34,117 nucleotides of DNA from Patescibacteria group bacterium (GTDB lineage: Bacteria > Patescibacteriota > Minisyncoccia > Phycocordibacterales > UBA2100). Below the pieces are notes generated by a model. That model had not been told where the DNA came from. It saw only the letters and a program-made list of their open reading frames with translations, and made no database searches. Each line of letters begins with the position of its first letter. The stretch's first letter is position 1. Position numbers and translations under genes: made by a program. This document shows positions 1 through 7,628 of the stretch, in pieces. The stretch is taken from the NCBI GenBank assembly GCA_015489565.1, contig WFZM01000004.1, forward strand, positions 1 to 34,117, given 5' to 3'.

Positions 1-19
1 ATATTTATATAAAAATAAA

Positions 20-1003
20 ATGACGCTAAGCGACAAGGAAAAAGAAGCTTTAAAAAAAGAAGCTGCAGAAAAAAGCAGTATAGCTTTTTTGCTGGAGCAA
101 ATAAAAAATATAGAAAAGAAAAAGTCAGAATCCGAAGCTCTACTTGAAGATCCGGAAATGAAAGAGCTTGCCCAAGCGGAGCTTGAAGAGCTTAAAGTCC
201 AAGAAGAAAATATATATTTGGAAATAAAGAAGGTCATAGATAAAGAAAAAGAGGAGCAAGAATTCCCAAATGAAATAACTCTTGAGCTTCGCGCAGGCGC
301 AGGAGGTGACGAAGCTTCGCTTTTTGCATACGAGTTGGCCGACATGTACATAAAATATGCAGAAAAAAAGGGCTGGCAAGTGGCAGTTGTGGACGAATCA
401 AGAAACGATCTGGGTGGATACAAAGAAGCCATATTTACAATAAAGGGTGAAGGAGTCTATAAGACCCTTATGTATGAGACCGGAGTACACAGAGTCCAAA
501 GAGTGCCCTCCACGGAAAAACAAGGGCGCATACATACATCAACCGCTTCTGTCGCCGTTTTGCCCATATATAAACAAACTACGGTAGAAATAAAAGAGTC
601 TGATCTTGAAATAGACTTCTTTAAATCCGGCGGAAAAGGGGGTCAAAATGTAAATAAAGTTGAAACTGCCGTCCGTATTACTCACAAGCCTACGGGCGAG
701 GTGGTAAAATGCTCCGCAGAGCGTTCACAGCAAAGAAACAGAGAGAAGGCGATGCAAATGCTGGCGTCAAGACTTCAGCAAGCGGAAAACGAAAGGCTCG
801 CCAAAGAAGCGTCGTCCGAGCGGAGCGCGCAAATAGGACGCATGGACAGGTCAGAGAAAATACGCACTTACAACTTCCCACAAGACCGCATAACAGACCA
901 CCGCATTAAAAAGAGCTGGTCAGGCATAGAAAAAGTCATGCAGGGAAATCTGGATGAAATTATAGAAACTCTGCACGAAGAGATGAGTAGAATTCAAAAT
1001 TAA
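20..1003 (+). CDS. prfA: peptide chain release factor 1
   Basis: 327-aa ORF. GGQ motif (SGGKGGQNVNKVETAVRITH). RF1-type PST tripeptide (RVQRVPSTEKQGRIHTS). C-terminal IRTYNFPQDRITDHR signature. Confidence 0.93.
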   Translation: MTLSDKEKEALKKEAAEKSSIAFLLEQIKNIEKKKSESEALLEDPEMKELAQAELEELKVQEENIYLEIKKVIDKEKEEQEFPNEITLELRAGAGGDEASLFAYELADMYIKYAEKKGWQVAVVDESRNDLGGYKEAIFTIKGEGVYKTLMYETGVHRVQRVPSTEKQGRIHTSTASVAVLPIYKQTTVEIKESDLEIDFFKSGGKGGQNVNKVETAVRITHKPTGEVVKCSAERSQQRNREKAMQMLASRLQQAENERLAKEASSERSAQIGRMDRSEKIRTYNFPQDRITDHRIKKSWSGIEKVMQGNLDEIIETLHEEMSRIQN

Positions 1004-1044
1004 ATTGTTGCATTTTTTTTAAAATATTGTATCATAGCGCGCAT

Positions 1045-1710
1045 ATGTCAAATAGTAATATAATAAAAGAACTTCAAGAAAAAGGAGCGCATTTTGCGTA
1101 TTCCAAATCAAAGAGACACCCATCAGCGGCAAGCTATATTCTGGGACGCAAAGATAGTAAAGAAATTTTTGACCTGGAAAAAACACTTGAAAAAATGGAT
1201 GAGGCTAAAAAACTTATCAAAGAAACACTTGAAGCTAAAAAAGATGTGCTTTTTGTGGGTACAAAAAATGAGGCTAAAGCAGCCGTAAAGAAAGTTGCAG
1301 AGTCTTTGTCCATGCCTTATGTAAATATTCGCTTTGTAGGTGGCACCATAACAAACTTCCCCGAGATTAAAAAGCGTTTATCAAGACTTTTGGACTTGGA
1401 GGCAAAATTTGCTGCCGGAAATTTGGAGGGTTATACCAAAAAGGAGAAGTTGCAACTTGAAAGAGAATTAAATAAACTCAACGAAAAGTTCGGGGGTATA
1501 AAGAAAATGAGTAGCTTGCCGGCCTTGCTTGTCGTGGTAGACCCAAAACATGAAGAGATAGCTGTTAAAGAAGCAAAAGACAAGGGTATCAAAGTTGTAG
1601 CTATAGCTAACAACGATTGTAACTATGATGAGTTGGATTTGGCAATACCTGCAAATGACAGCTCCAAAGATGCTATTGAATATATCTTGGATTATATTAC
1701 TAAAAACTAA
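1045..1710 (+). CDS. rpsB: 30S ribosomal protein S2
   Basis: S2-family core (AHFAYSKSKRHP, LFVGTK, LLVVVDPKHEEIAVKEAKDKGIKVVAIANNDCN). The ORF track opens at TTG 1027, but ATG 1045 lies 9 nt after a TATCAT -10-like box, so it is preferred. Followed by tsf as in the conserved rpsB-tsf pair. Confidence 0.9.
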   Translation: MSNSNIIKELQEKGAHFAYSKSKRHPSAASYILGRKDSKEIFDLEKTLEKMDEAKKLIKETLEAKKDVLFVGTKNEAKAAVKKVAESLSMPYVNIRFVGGTITNFPEIKKRLSRLLDLEAKFAAGNLEGYTKKEKLQLERELNKLNEKFGGIKKMSSLPALLVVVDPKHEEIAVKEAKDKGIKVVAIANNDCNYDELDLAIPANDSSKDAIEYILDYITKN

Positions 1711-1742
1711 CTAAAAATAATAAATTTAACTATCATAAGCCT

Positions 1743-2324
1743 ATGAGCATAAGTTTGGATGATGTAAAAAAACTAAGAGAAGAAACCGGGGTTTCAATAA
1801 TGCAATGTAAAAAAGCACTTGAGGAAGCTGACGGTGATTTTGAAAAAGCGCGTGTTATTTTGCGCAAAGTAAGCGCACAAATAGCGGAAAAGAAAGCTGA
1901 CCGTGAACTTGGTGCCGGAGCGGTGCAAGCTTACGTACACGCCGGAAATACCGTAGCGGGTGTGGTTGTGCTATCTTGTGAGACAGATTTTGTTGCCAAA
2001 AATGAAGAATTTGCAGCACTTGCAAAGGATATAGCTATGCATGTTGCAGCGATGGCTCCACAATTTATATCAAAAGACGATGTAAAAGACGAAGATATAG
2101 CTGCAGCCAAAGAAGTTTTCAAAGAAGAGGTGGCAGACAAACCGGAAGATTTGCAAGACAAAATACTTGAAGGAAAAATTAATTCTTACCTGGAAGATAA
2201 GGTACTTATGGAGCAAGCATTCATAAAAGACCCTTCAAGAAAGATAAAAGATTTGATAAGCGAAGCTACTCAAAAGTTTGGCGAAAGAGTAGAGATAACT
2301 CGTGCAGAGCGTTTCTCTGTTTAG
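1743..2324 (+). CDS. tsf: elongation factor Ts (short form)
   Basis: N-terminal UBA-like EF-Ts motif VKKLREETGVSIMQCKKALEEADGDFEKA. 193 aa. Immediately downstream of rpsB. Confidence 0.9.
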   Translation: MSISLDDVKKLREETGVSIMQCKKALEEADGDFEKARVILRKVSAQIAEKKADRELGAGAVQAYVHAGNTVAGVVVLSCETDFVAKNEEFAALAKDIAMHVAAMAPQFISKDDVKDEDIAAAKEVFKEEVADKPEDLQDKILEGKINSYLEDKVLMEQAFIKDPSRKIKDLISEATQKFGERVEITRAERFSV

Positions 2325-2327
2325 TCT

Positions 2328-2684
2328 ATGTTAGCTGAAATCAGCTTAGTAATTTCAAGTATTATTTTTATCGCTTTTAACTTTGCGCTTTACTTGGAGC
2401 GAAAAAAAGGGGTAAAGCGGTTTCAAGACCTGCGTGAGAAGATGGACACGAAGGTATTGAGGCTCTGGGCCCTTTTTTTGAATTTTAAAAAAGAAATGCG
2501 AAAGCGGTCTTTCTATTGCAAAGCACGCTATTTTTTCTTTCGCGTTTTAGCTATTTTTTTACAGGGAATTAAAGTTTTGGCTGCGTATCTTGAAAGAAAA
2601 AGCAAAAAAGGATTGCAAAAGATAGAAAAGGCGGAAGCCTCCAAGCACCTTCAAGAAATCCAAAAACTTAAATCCAGTTTATAA
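2328..2684 (+). CDS. hypothetical small membrane/basic protein
   Basis: 118-aa ORF packed 3 nt after tsf and 2 nt before mnmA. Hydrophobic N-terminal segment (ISLVISSIIFIAFNFALYL) followed by a Lys/Arg-rich region. No recognisable family. Confidence 0.45.
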   Translation: MLAEISLVISSIIFIAFNFALYLERKKGVKRFQDLREKMDTKVLRLWALFLNFKKEMRKRSFYCKARYFFFRVLAIFLQGIKVLAAYLERKSKKGLQKIEKAEASKHLQEIQKLKSSL

Positions 2685-2686
2685 AA

Positions 2687-3850
2687 ATGAAGAGTAAAAA
2701 AACAGTTTATCTAATGCTGTCCGGGGGCGTAGACAGCAGTGTAAGCGCTTACCTACTGAAAAAGGCGGGCTTTAAAGTTGTAGGGGTATATTTTAAGCGC
2801 TATAAACCTGATGGAGACAAGAGTATTTGCAAAGAAGACGGGCTCTCAGCTCAAAAAGTTGCAGAGGAGCTTTGCATTGACTTTAAGGTCTATGACTTAG
2901 AGAAAGAATACAAAGAAAAGGTCTTTGAATATATGTTAAATAGTTACAAATCCGGACTCACTCCAAATCCGGATATTTTATGCAACCGAGAAATTAAATT
3001 TGGAGAATTCGCAAAAAGAGCTTTTAAAGAAGGGGCGGATTATATAAGCTCGGGACACTATGTAAGACTTGCTTTTTATATTTATATCTTAGGCCTTGGC
3101 TTTCGTGTACCTAGATTTTTATTTAATAAATTGAAATTCCTAAATCATAAAGTCCTAATACAAGAAGGCAGAGATAAAAATAAAGACCAGAGTTATTTTT
3201 TAAGCCAAGTCAGTCCGGAAATTTTAGAAAGAAGCATTTTCCCTCTTGGGAAAATGAAATCAAAAAGAGATACTCGCAAAATTGCCGAAAGGATAAAAAT
3301 CCACACAGCCAAGCGGAAAGACTCTCAAGGCATTTGCTTTATAGGTAAGAAAATCAAGCTTAAAGATTTCTTAAAAAAATACATAAAGCTCAGTCCAGGC
3401 TTCGTCTATGACTTAAAAGGCAGAAAAATAGGCAAGCATGAGGGAGTGGAACTATATACCATTGGCGAAAGGCGCGGATTCAAGCTCTTCCCGGACTTTC
3501 AAAGTGATAATACACCGGCTCTTTATGTTATAAGAAAAAATCTTGATGATAAATCTTTAGTAGTGGGTAGCAAAAAGGACTTTGAAAGAGAAAATGCAAA
3601 AATAAAATTTTTAAAAGGAGACAAACTTAATACATTTAAAAGCATTGATTTAAATAAAAGATACCTTTTACGAATAAGGCACAGAGGTGAAAAAAGCTAT
3701 TGCAAGATTTTGGAGCTAGATAATAATTCTTTGCTTCTTGAGCTTGAAGAGCCTGTTTTTGCCCCCAGCCCCGGGCAGTTCTTGGCTCTTTATGACAAAG
3801 ATAAGTTGTTGCTAAGCGCAGAGATAAAAGAGCTTTTGCCTGAGATTTAA
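2687..3850 (+). CDS. mnmA: tRNA-specific 2-thiouridylase MnmA
   Basis: PP-loop SGGVDSS near the N-terminus, plus NPDILCN, SGHY, KDQSYFL and GICFIG motifs typical of MnmA/TrmU. Confidence 0.88.
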   Translation: [387 protein letters not shown]

Positions 3851-3898
3851 AAGTGTGGCGGCCTTGGGTCATCATACTTTTTTATTTCAAAATCAATA

Positions 3899-3907
3899 TG
3901 TTAAAAT
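3899..3907 (+). promoter_or_regulatory. extended -10 promoter (TGtTAAAAT), 6 nt before ATG 3914
   Basis: TG at 3899-3900 and TAAAAT at 3902-3907. No SD between the box and the ATG. Confidence 0.5.
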
Positions 3908-3913
3908 AGCCTC

Positions 3914-4738
3914 ATGCAAATATTGGTCAAAAAGATGGACGGAGAGCTGGAACCGTTTGATATTGAAAAGTTAAAAAGTTCTTTAAGAAATGCAGGTGCA
4001 AGCGAAAGAGCGGTTGAAACTATAAGCAATCATCTGGCATCTGAGATTTACAACGGCATAAGCACACAGGAAATTTATGCGCATGCATTTGAAATATTAA
4101 AACATTTTGAAAAAAAGCCTGTGGCGGCAAGATACTCTCTTAAAAGAGCAATATTTGACCTGGGCCCCTCCGGCTTTCCTTTTGAGCAGTTTATAATGGC
4201 GGTCTTTACTGAACTGGGTTATAAAAATGCACGTGCCGGAGTATCTATGCAAGGGCGCTGTGCTCCACACGAGCTGGATTTTTTAGCTCAAAAAGATGGA
4301 AGAACAATAGGAGCAGAACTCAAATTTCACAATACGCCGGGCTACAAGACAGATTTAAAAGTGGCTCTTTATGTTTCTACTCGCTTTGAAGACTTAAAAA
4401 AAGCGGATCACAAAATAGATGAGGGTTGGTTAATAACAAATACCAGATTTACTAAAAATGTGATACGCTTTGCAGAGTGTTCCGGTTTAAAAATACTGGG
4501 CTGGGATTATCCTTACGGAGCCGGGCTTTTGCAAATAATAGAAAAATCCAAAGTCCATCCCATAACCGCACTGGTGAGCCTGAAAAAATCTCAAAAAAAA
4601 GAACTTATGGAGCGTGATATTGTAACTTGCAAGCAAGCTCTCAGAATAATAAAGAAAAACGGCTCCTTGGGCTTGCAGCTTGACAACTTTGAAGAGGTGG
4701 AGGAGGAATTACGCTCGCTTTGTAACGGTTCAGTTTAA
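3914..4738 (+). CDS. ATP-cone domain fused to a PD-(D/E)XK (Mrr/restriction-endonuclease-like) nuclease domain
   Basis: N-terminal ATP-cone pattern (MQILVKKMDGELEPFDIEKLKSSL ... AARYSLKRA). Downstream nuclease core with D ... ExK (HELDFLAQKDGRTIGAELKFH). Confidence 0.7.
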   Translation: MQILVKKMDGELEPFDIEKLKSSLRNAGASERAVETISNHLASEIYNGISTQEIYAHAFEILKHFEKKPVAARYSLKRAIFDLGPSGFPFEQFIMAVFTELGYKNARAGVSMQGRCAPHELDFLAQKDGRTIGAELKFHNTPGYKTDLKVALYVSTRFEDLKKADHKIDEGWLITNTRFTKNVIRFAECSGLKILGWDYPYGAGLLQIIEKSKVHPITALVSLKKSQKKELMERDIVTCKQALRIIKKNGSLGLQLDNFEEVEEELRSLCNGSV

Positions 4739-4772
4739 AATATAGTACGAGCTAAAAAATTAAAAGACATTG

Positions 4773-4801
4773 AAAGACTTGCCGCAAGAGCAGGTCTTTT
4801 T
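4773..4801 (+). terminator. rho-independent terminator candidate
   Basis: 10-bp stem AAAGACTTGC / GCAGGTCTTT (one G-U pair), 7-nt loop, then TTTTT. Sits 35 nt after the stop at 4738. Confidence 0.5.
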
Positions 4802-4840
4802 GTATAATGGAAGCATTAGTAAAATTAATTATTATTGAAT

Positions 4841-5404
4841 ATGGAGATGATTAAAAAGTATTTATCACAAATAATAGCTTTTCTCTTGGGTTTTTTTATA
4901 GCTTTTAGTTTTCTGTACTTTTATAAAAACGAGAAAAAGGATGAGGAAATAAAGCAACTGGAGACAGCAGTGCAAGAAGAAGTAGCAAGCACTACAGAGG
5001 CTGAGGAAAAGCTTGTAGAAGAGCTAAACAAAAATAGCAATGAGGCTATAATAGCGCAAAACGCAAGCACTACGGACGAAGGCAGCTTTGATTATATAAA
5101 GGTGAGCGACCAGAAAGCCGGCAAGTCTATAGATGTGGCATATGCCAAGGCAGACTTTCCTTTCTGGCTTGTGGTGCATATGGAAAAAGATGGTAAAATC
5201 TGGAATGCCTTGGGTGCGCGCAGAAAAGAAGCAGGAGAATACACAGGTGTAGTGGTTCCGCTACTTGCAGGCACGAAAGCCGGAAATAGATACTGGTTGG
5301 TACTCTACAAGGATAATGGAGATAAAATGTTTGACCTGAAAACTGACTTTCCTGTTAAAAACAAAGATGGCAAGTTTATAATGGTTGATTTCAAAGCTTT
5401 GTAA
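4841..5404 (+). CDS. hypothetical membrane-anchored protein
   Basis: The ORF opens at TTG 4835; the first ATG is at 4841. N-terminal TM segment (IIAFLLGFFIAFSFLYFY), an acidic linker, and a C-terminal beta-rich domain (FPFWLVVHMEKDGKIWNALG ... RYWLVLYKDNGDKMFD). Family not recognised with certainty. Confidence 0.55.
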   Translation: MEMIKKYLSQIIAFLLGFFIAFSFLYFYKNEKKDEEIKQLETAVQEEVASTTEAEEKLVEELNKNSNEAIIAQNASTTDEGSFDYIKVSDQKAGKSIDVAYAKADFPFWLVVHMEKDGKIWNALGARRKEAGEYTGVVVPLLAGTKAGNRYWLVLYKDNGDKMFDLKTDFPVKNKDGKFIMVDFKAL

Positions 5405-5430
5405 GAGAGCTTACCAGCTTGTGGTTAAAA

Positions 5431-5463
5431 AGCGGCTCTTGCTACGCAAGAGCCGCTTTTTTA
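5431..5463 (+). terminator. rho-independent terminator
   Basis: Perfect 11-bp stem AGCGGCTCTTG / CAAGAGCCGCT (5431-5441 / 5447-5457), 5-nt loop, followed by TTTTTT. Confidence 0.78.
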
Positions 5464-5474
5464 TAAACTTTTTA

Positions 5475-5483
5475 TGTTATAAT
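5475..5483 (+). promoter_or_regulatory. extended -10 promoter (TGtTATAAT), 7 nt before ATG 5491
   Basis: TG at 5475-5476 and TATAAT at 5478-5483. No SD. Confidence 0.55.
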
Positions 5484-5490
5484 ACCCTTC

Positions 5491-6003
5491 ATGTTAGATG
5501 CACAATATTTAGACATTTTTTTGCGCTTGTTGGCAGCTGCCGCGTTCGGGCTTCTTATAGGCTCTGAAAGAACATTGGCCGGAAAAGTAGCCGGTATGCG
5601 AACATACGCTTTAGTATCTCTGGGCTCAGCCCTATTTGTGATAACGGGACTTCTTATTACTAACGCATATTTGGACAGGACCCCTTTTGACCCGGCAAGG
5701 ACTCTGGGGAGCATAATTACCGGTATAGGTTTTATAGGTGCAGGCTTGATTTTAATGCGAGACAAACTGGTCAGAGGCTTGACCTCTGCGGCGGGTCTTT
5801 GGGTCTCGGCCGGAGTTGGCGCGGCTGCAGGTTTTGGCTTCTATAAACTGGCCTTTTTCAGTAGCATACTTACGGTTTTGATTTTTACTGCGGTCTGGTT
5901 CTTAGAATTCGGCCTGAAAAGATGGTGGACGGCCAAGGGTCCTAAAAAAGAAGAATCTACTGAAAGAAAGCGCAAAACTTTAAAAGCGAAAATGAATGAC
6001 TAG
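5491..6003 (+). CDS. MgtC/SapB family membrane protein
   Basis: N-terminal MgtC-family signature LRLLAAAAFGLLIGSERTLAGKVAGMRTYALVSLGSALF. Multiple TM segments. Confidence 0.8.
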   Translation: MLDAQYLDIFLRLLAAAAFGLLIGSERTLAGKVAGMRTYALVSLGSALFVITGLLITNAYLDRTPFDPARTLGSIITGIGFIGAGLILMRDKLVRGLTSAAGLWVSAGVGAAAGFGFYKLAFFSSILTVLIFTAVWFLEFGLKRWWTAKGPKKEESTERKRKTLKAKMND

Positions 6004-6790
6004 ATTTTACAATCCAAAAAGAAATGCGGCTTGGAATTACGGCGGAAAAAATTGGAAACTCTCACGGTCTAAAATAGACTTGTTCTTAGACTGTCCACGC
6101 TGTTTTTACCTAGACAACAAACTCGGAGTAGCGCGCCCTCCCGTATATCCTTTTAATTTGAATTCCGCTGTAGACGCATTGCTTAAAAAAGAATTTGATA
6201 TTCACAGAAAAGCGCAGAGCAAGCACCCGCTGCTTGATACATACGGCATAGATGCTGTGCCTTTCCAGCATGAAAAAATGGACGAATGGAGGGACAACTT
6301 TAAAGGGGTACAATTTTTTCACGAAAAAACAGCAATGACCATAAGCGGGGCTGTGGACGATATTTGGATTAATCCTGCCGGAGAGCTTATTGTGGTAGAT
6401 TACAAGTCAACAAGCAAAGACAAGCGCATAGAAGCACTGGATGAGGACTGGCACGACGGCTATAAGCGCCAGATGGAAGTCTATCAGTGGCTCTTAAGAC
6501 AAAACGGTTTTGAAGTTTCAGATACCGGATACTTTGTATACGCCAATGCAAGCAAAGAAGAAGAAGCCTTTGACGGAAAACTGATATTTGACGTAACCTT
6601 AATAGCCCACAAAGGAGACGACAGCTGGCTGGAGCCAACTATTTTACAAATCAAAAAAGTCTTGGAAGACCCGCGTGTACCCCTTGCTTCTCCTGAGTGT
6701 GACTACTGCAGATACAGAGAAGCGGCCGGCCAAGCCCTGGTAAAACAACAAAAAAGCAAAGCTAGTCATTCCTCAAAGAAAAATAAATAG
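5996..6790 (+). CDS. PD-(D/E)XK nuclease family protein (RecB/Cas4-like, four Cys)
   Basis: GAVDDIW, VVDYKSTSK and RQMEVYQWLL match the RecB/Cas4 nuclease motifs (GxhD, D/ExK, QhxxY). CPRC near the N-terminus and CDYC near the C-terminus. The ATG overlaps the MgtC-family stop by 8 nt. Confidence 0.65.
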   Translation: MTRFYNPKRNAAWNYGGKNWKLSRSKIDLFLDCPRCFYLDNKLGVARPPVYPFNLNSAVDALLKKEFDIHRKAQSKHPLLDTYGIDAVPFQHEKMDEWRDNFKGVQFFHEKTAMTISGAVDDIWINPAGELIVVDYKSTSKDKRIEALDEDWHDGYKRQMEVYQWLLRQNGFEVSDTGYFVYANASKEEEAFDGKLIFDVTLIAHKGDDSWLEPTILQIKKVLEDPRVPLASPECDYCRYREAAGQALVKQQKSKASHSSKKNK

Positions 6791-7238
6791 AAATTATTAT
6801 TATCAAGATAGCCAGAGCGCTAAAAAAGAGCTTGTACTTTAGAAGGAATATGGAGCCGGAAAGCCCTAAGCCCAAAAGCGCCACTATTGGTGCTACACAA
6901 GCGGTACAAGTTGCGGTACCAACTATAGCCGCAAAAATCGCTGTCAGAGCGGTGCCGGAGCTTCCATAAATAGGGAGGGCGGGCTTGCAAGTTTTGCTGG
7001 GGTTTCTCCATCTGTAAATTTGCACCATTAAAGAAAGGGCAGAAAGTATCGCCAAAATCAAAAGAAGCAAGACGTCTTTAGAATTGTAAGTGCTGATTTG
7101 GAAAGTGAAATTATTGCCGGGTATCGTCAAGACCGGAACAGCCACAAAAAGTAATAAAAAGATTATAAAGCTCGCCACAAAGACTCCGGCGCAAAGAGGC
7201 TTTTTGATTATCTTTAATACTTTAATCAATATCTGCAT
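6762..7238 (-). CDS. hypothetical integral membrane protein with intramembrane CxxC
   Basis: 158-aa ORF with about 4 hydrophobic segments. GTATCTACVAPIVALLGLG contains C-T-A-C inside a TM segment. Its 3' end overlaps the convergent 5996..6790 gene by 29 nt. Confidence 0.55.
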   Translation of the reverse strand: MQILIKVLKIIKKPLCAGVFVASFIIFLLLFVAVPVLTIPGNNFTFQISTYNSKDVLLLLILAILSALSLMVQIYRWRNPSKTCKPALPIYGSSGTALTAIFAAIVGTATCTACVAPIVALLGLGLSGSIFLLKYKLFFSALAILIIIISIYFSLRND

Positions 7239-7245
7239 GTGATAT

Positions 7246-7254
7246 ATTCTACCA
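7246..7254 (-). promoter_or_regulatory. extended -10 promoter (TGgTAGAAT), 7 nt before ATG 7238
   Basis: The reverse complement of 7246-7254 reads TGGTAGAAT. No SD. Confidence 0.5.
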
Positions 7255-7373
7255 TACCGAATCTAGGTTTCGTACCTAATTGCTAACAAGATTTTCCGCT
7301 AGAAACTTTGTGTTTAGAACTTGGAAGCATCCAAATGTGATTTTTAATGTTTGAGACATTCTTAAAATTAACC

Positions 7374-7397
7374 TTATAACGTCGATCGACATTATAA
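7374..7397. repeat. 24-bp imperfect palindrome TTATAACGTCGA|TCGACATTATAA
   Basis: 11 of 12 arm positions are complementary, centred on TCGATCGA. TTATAACGT also recurs directly at 7374-7382 and 7392-7400. Confidence 0.8.
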
Positions 7398-7628
7398 CGT
7401 TAATTTTAACTAACAAGCCTGGAATGAAATTCTGAGACAAGCTTGAAAATATTTGGAACTTAAAGCTCTTGAGCTAATTTGTTTACAGGCTGTTTTGAGT
7501 ATTTTCAGAGACTTAAAATCTTGGAAAACTTTGTTATATTATTGTACGCAATGGAACTGGGTGCGTGCCGTCTTTGTGTTAATGAAAATCAATAGCAATT
7601 TATTTAAAAATGTGTAAAATAAAGCAAT

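Noticed and set aside
5385-5765. ORFs 5385..5567 (+) and 5472..5765 (-) around the MgtC-family gene start
   Set aside because: The first runs through a clear terminator and promoter. The second is antisense to the MgtC-family gene. Neither has a recognisable product.
7239-7628. tRNA, tmRNA, RNase P, SRP or 6S RNA in the long intergenic regions (also 22133-22325 and 33894-34117)
   Set aside because: By eye I found no T-loop GGTTCGAATC-type motif, cloverleaf, RNase P GAGGAAAGUCC box (only GAGGAAACCGAGC at 22210-22222) or SRP GGAA/AGCA apical motif. This cannot be excluded without covariance-model searches.
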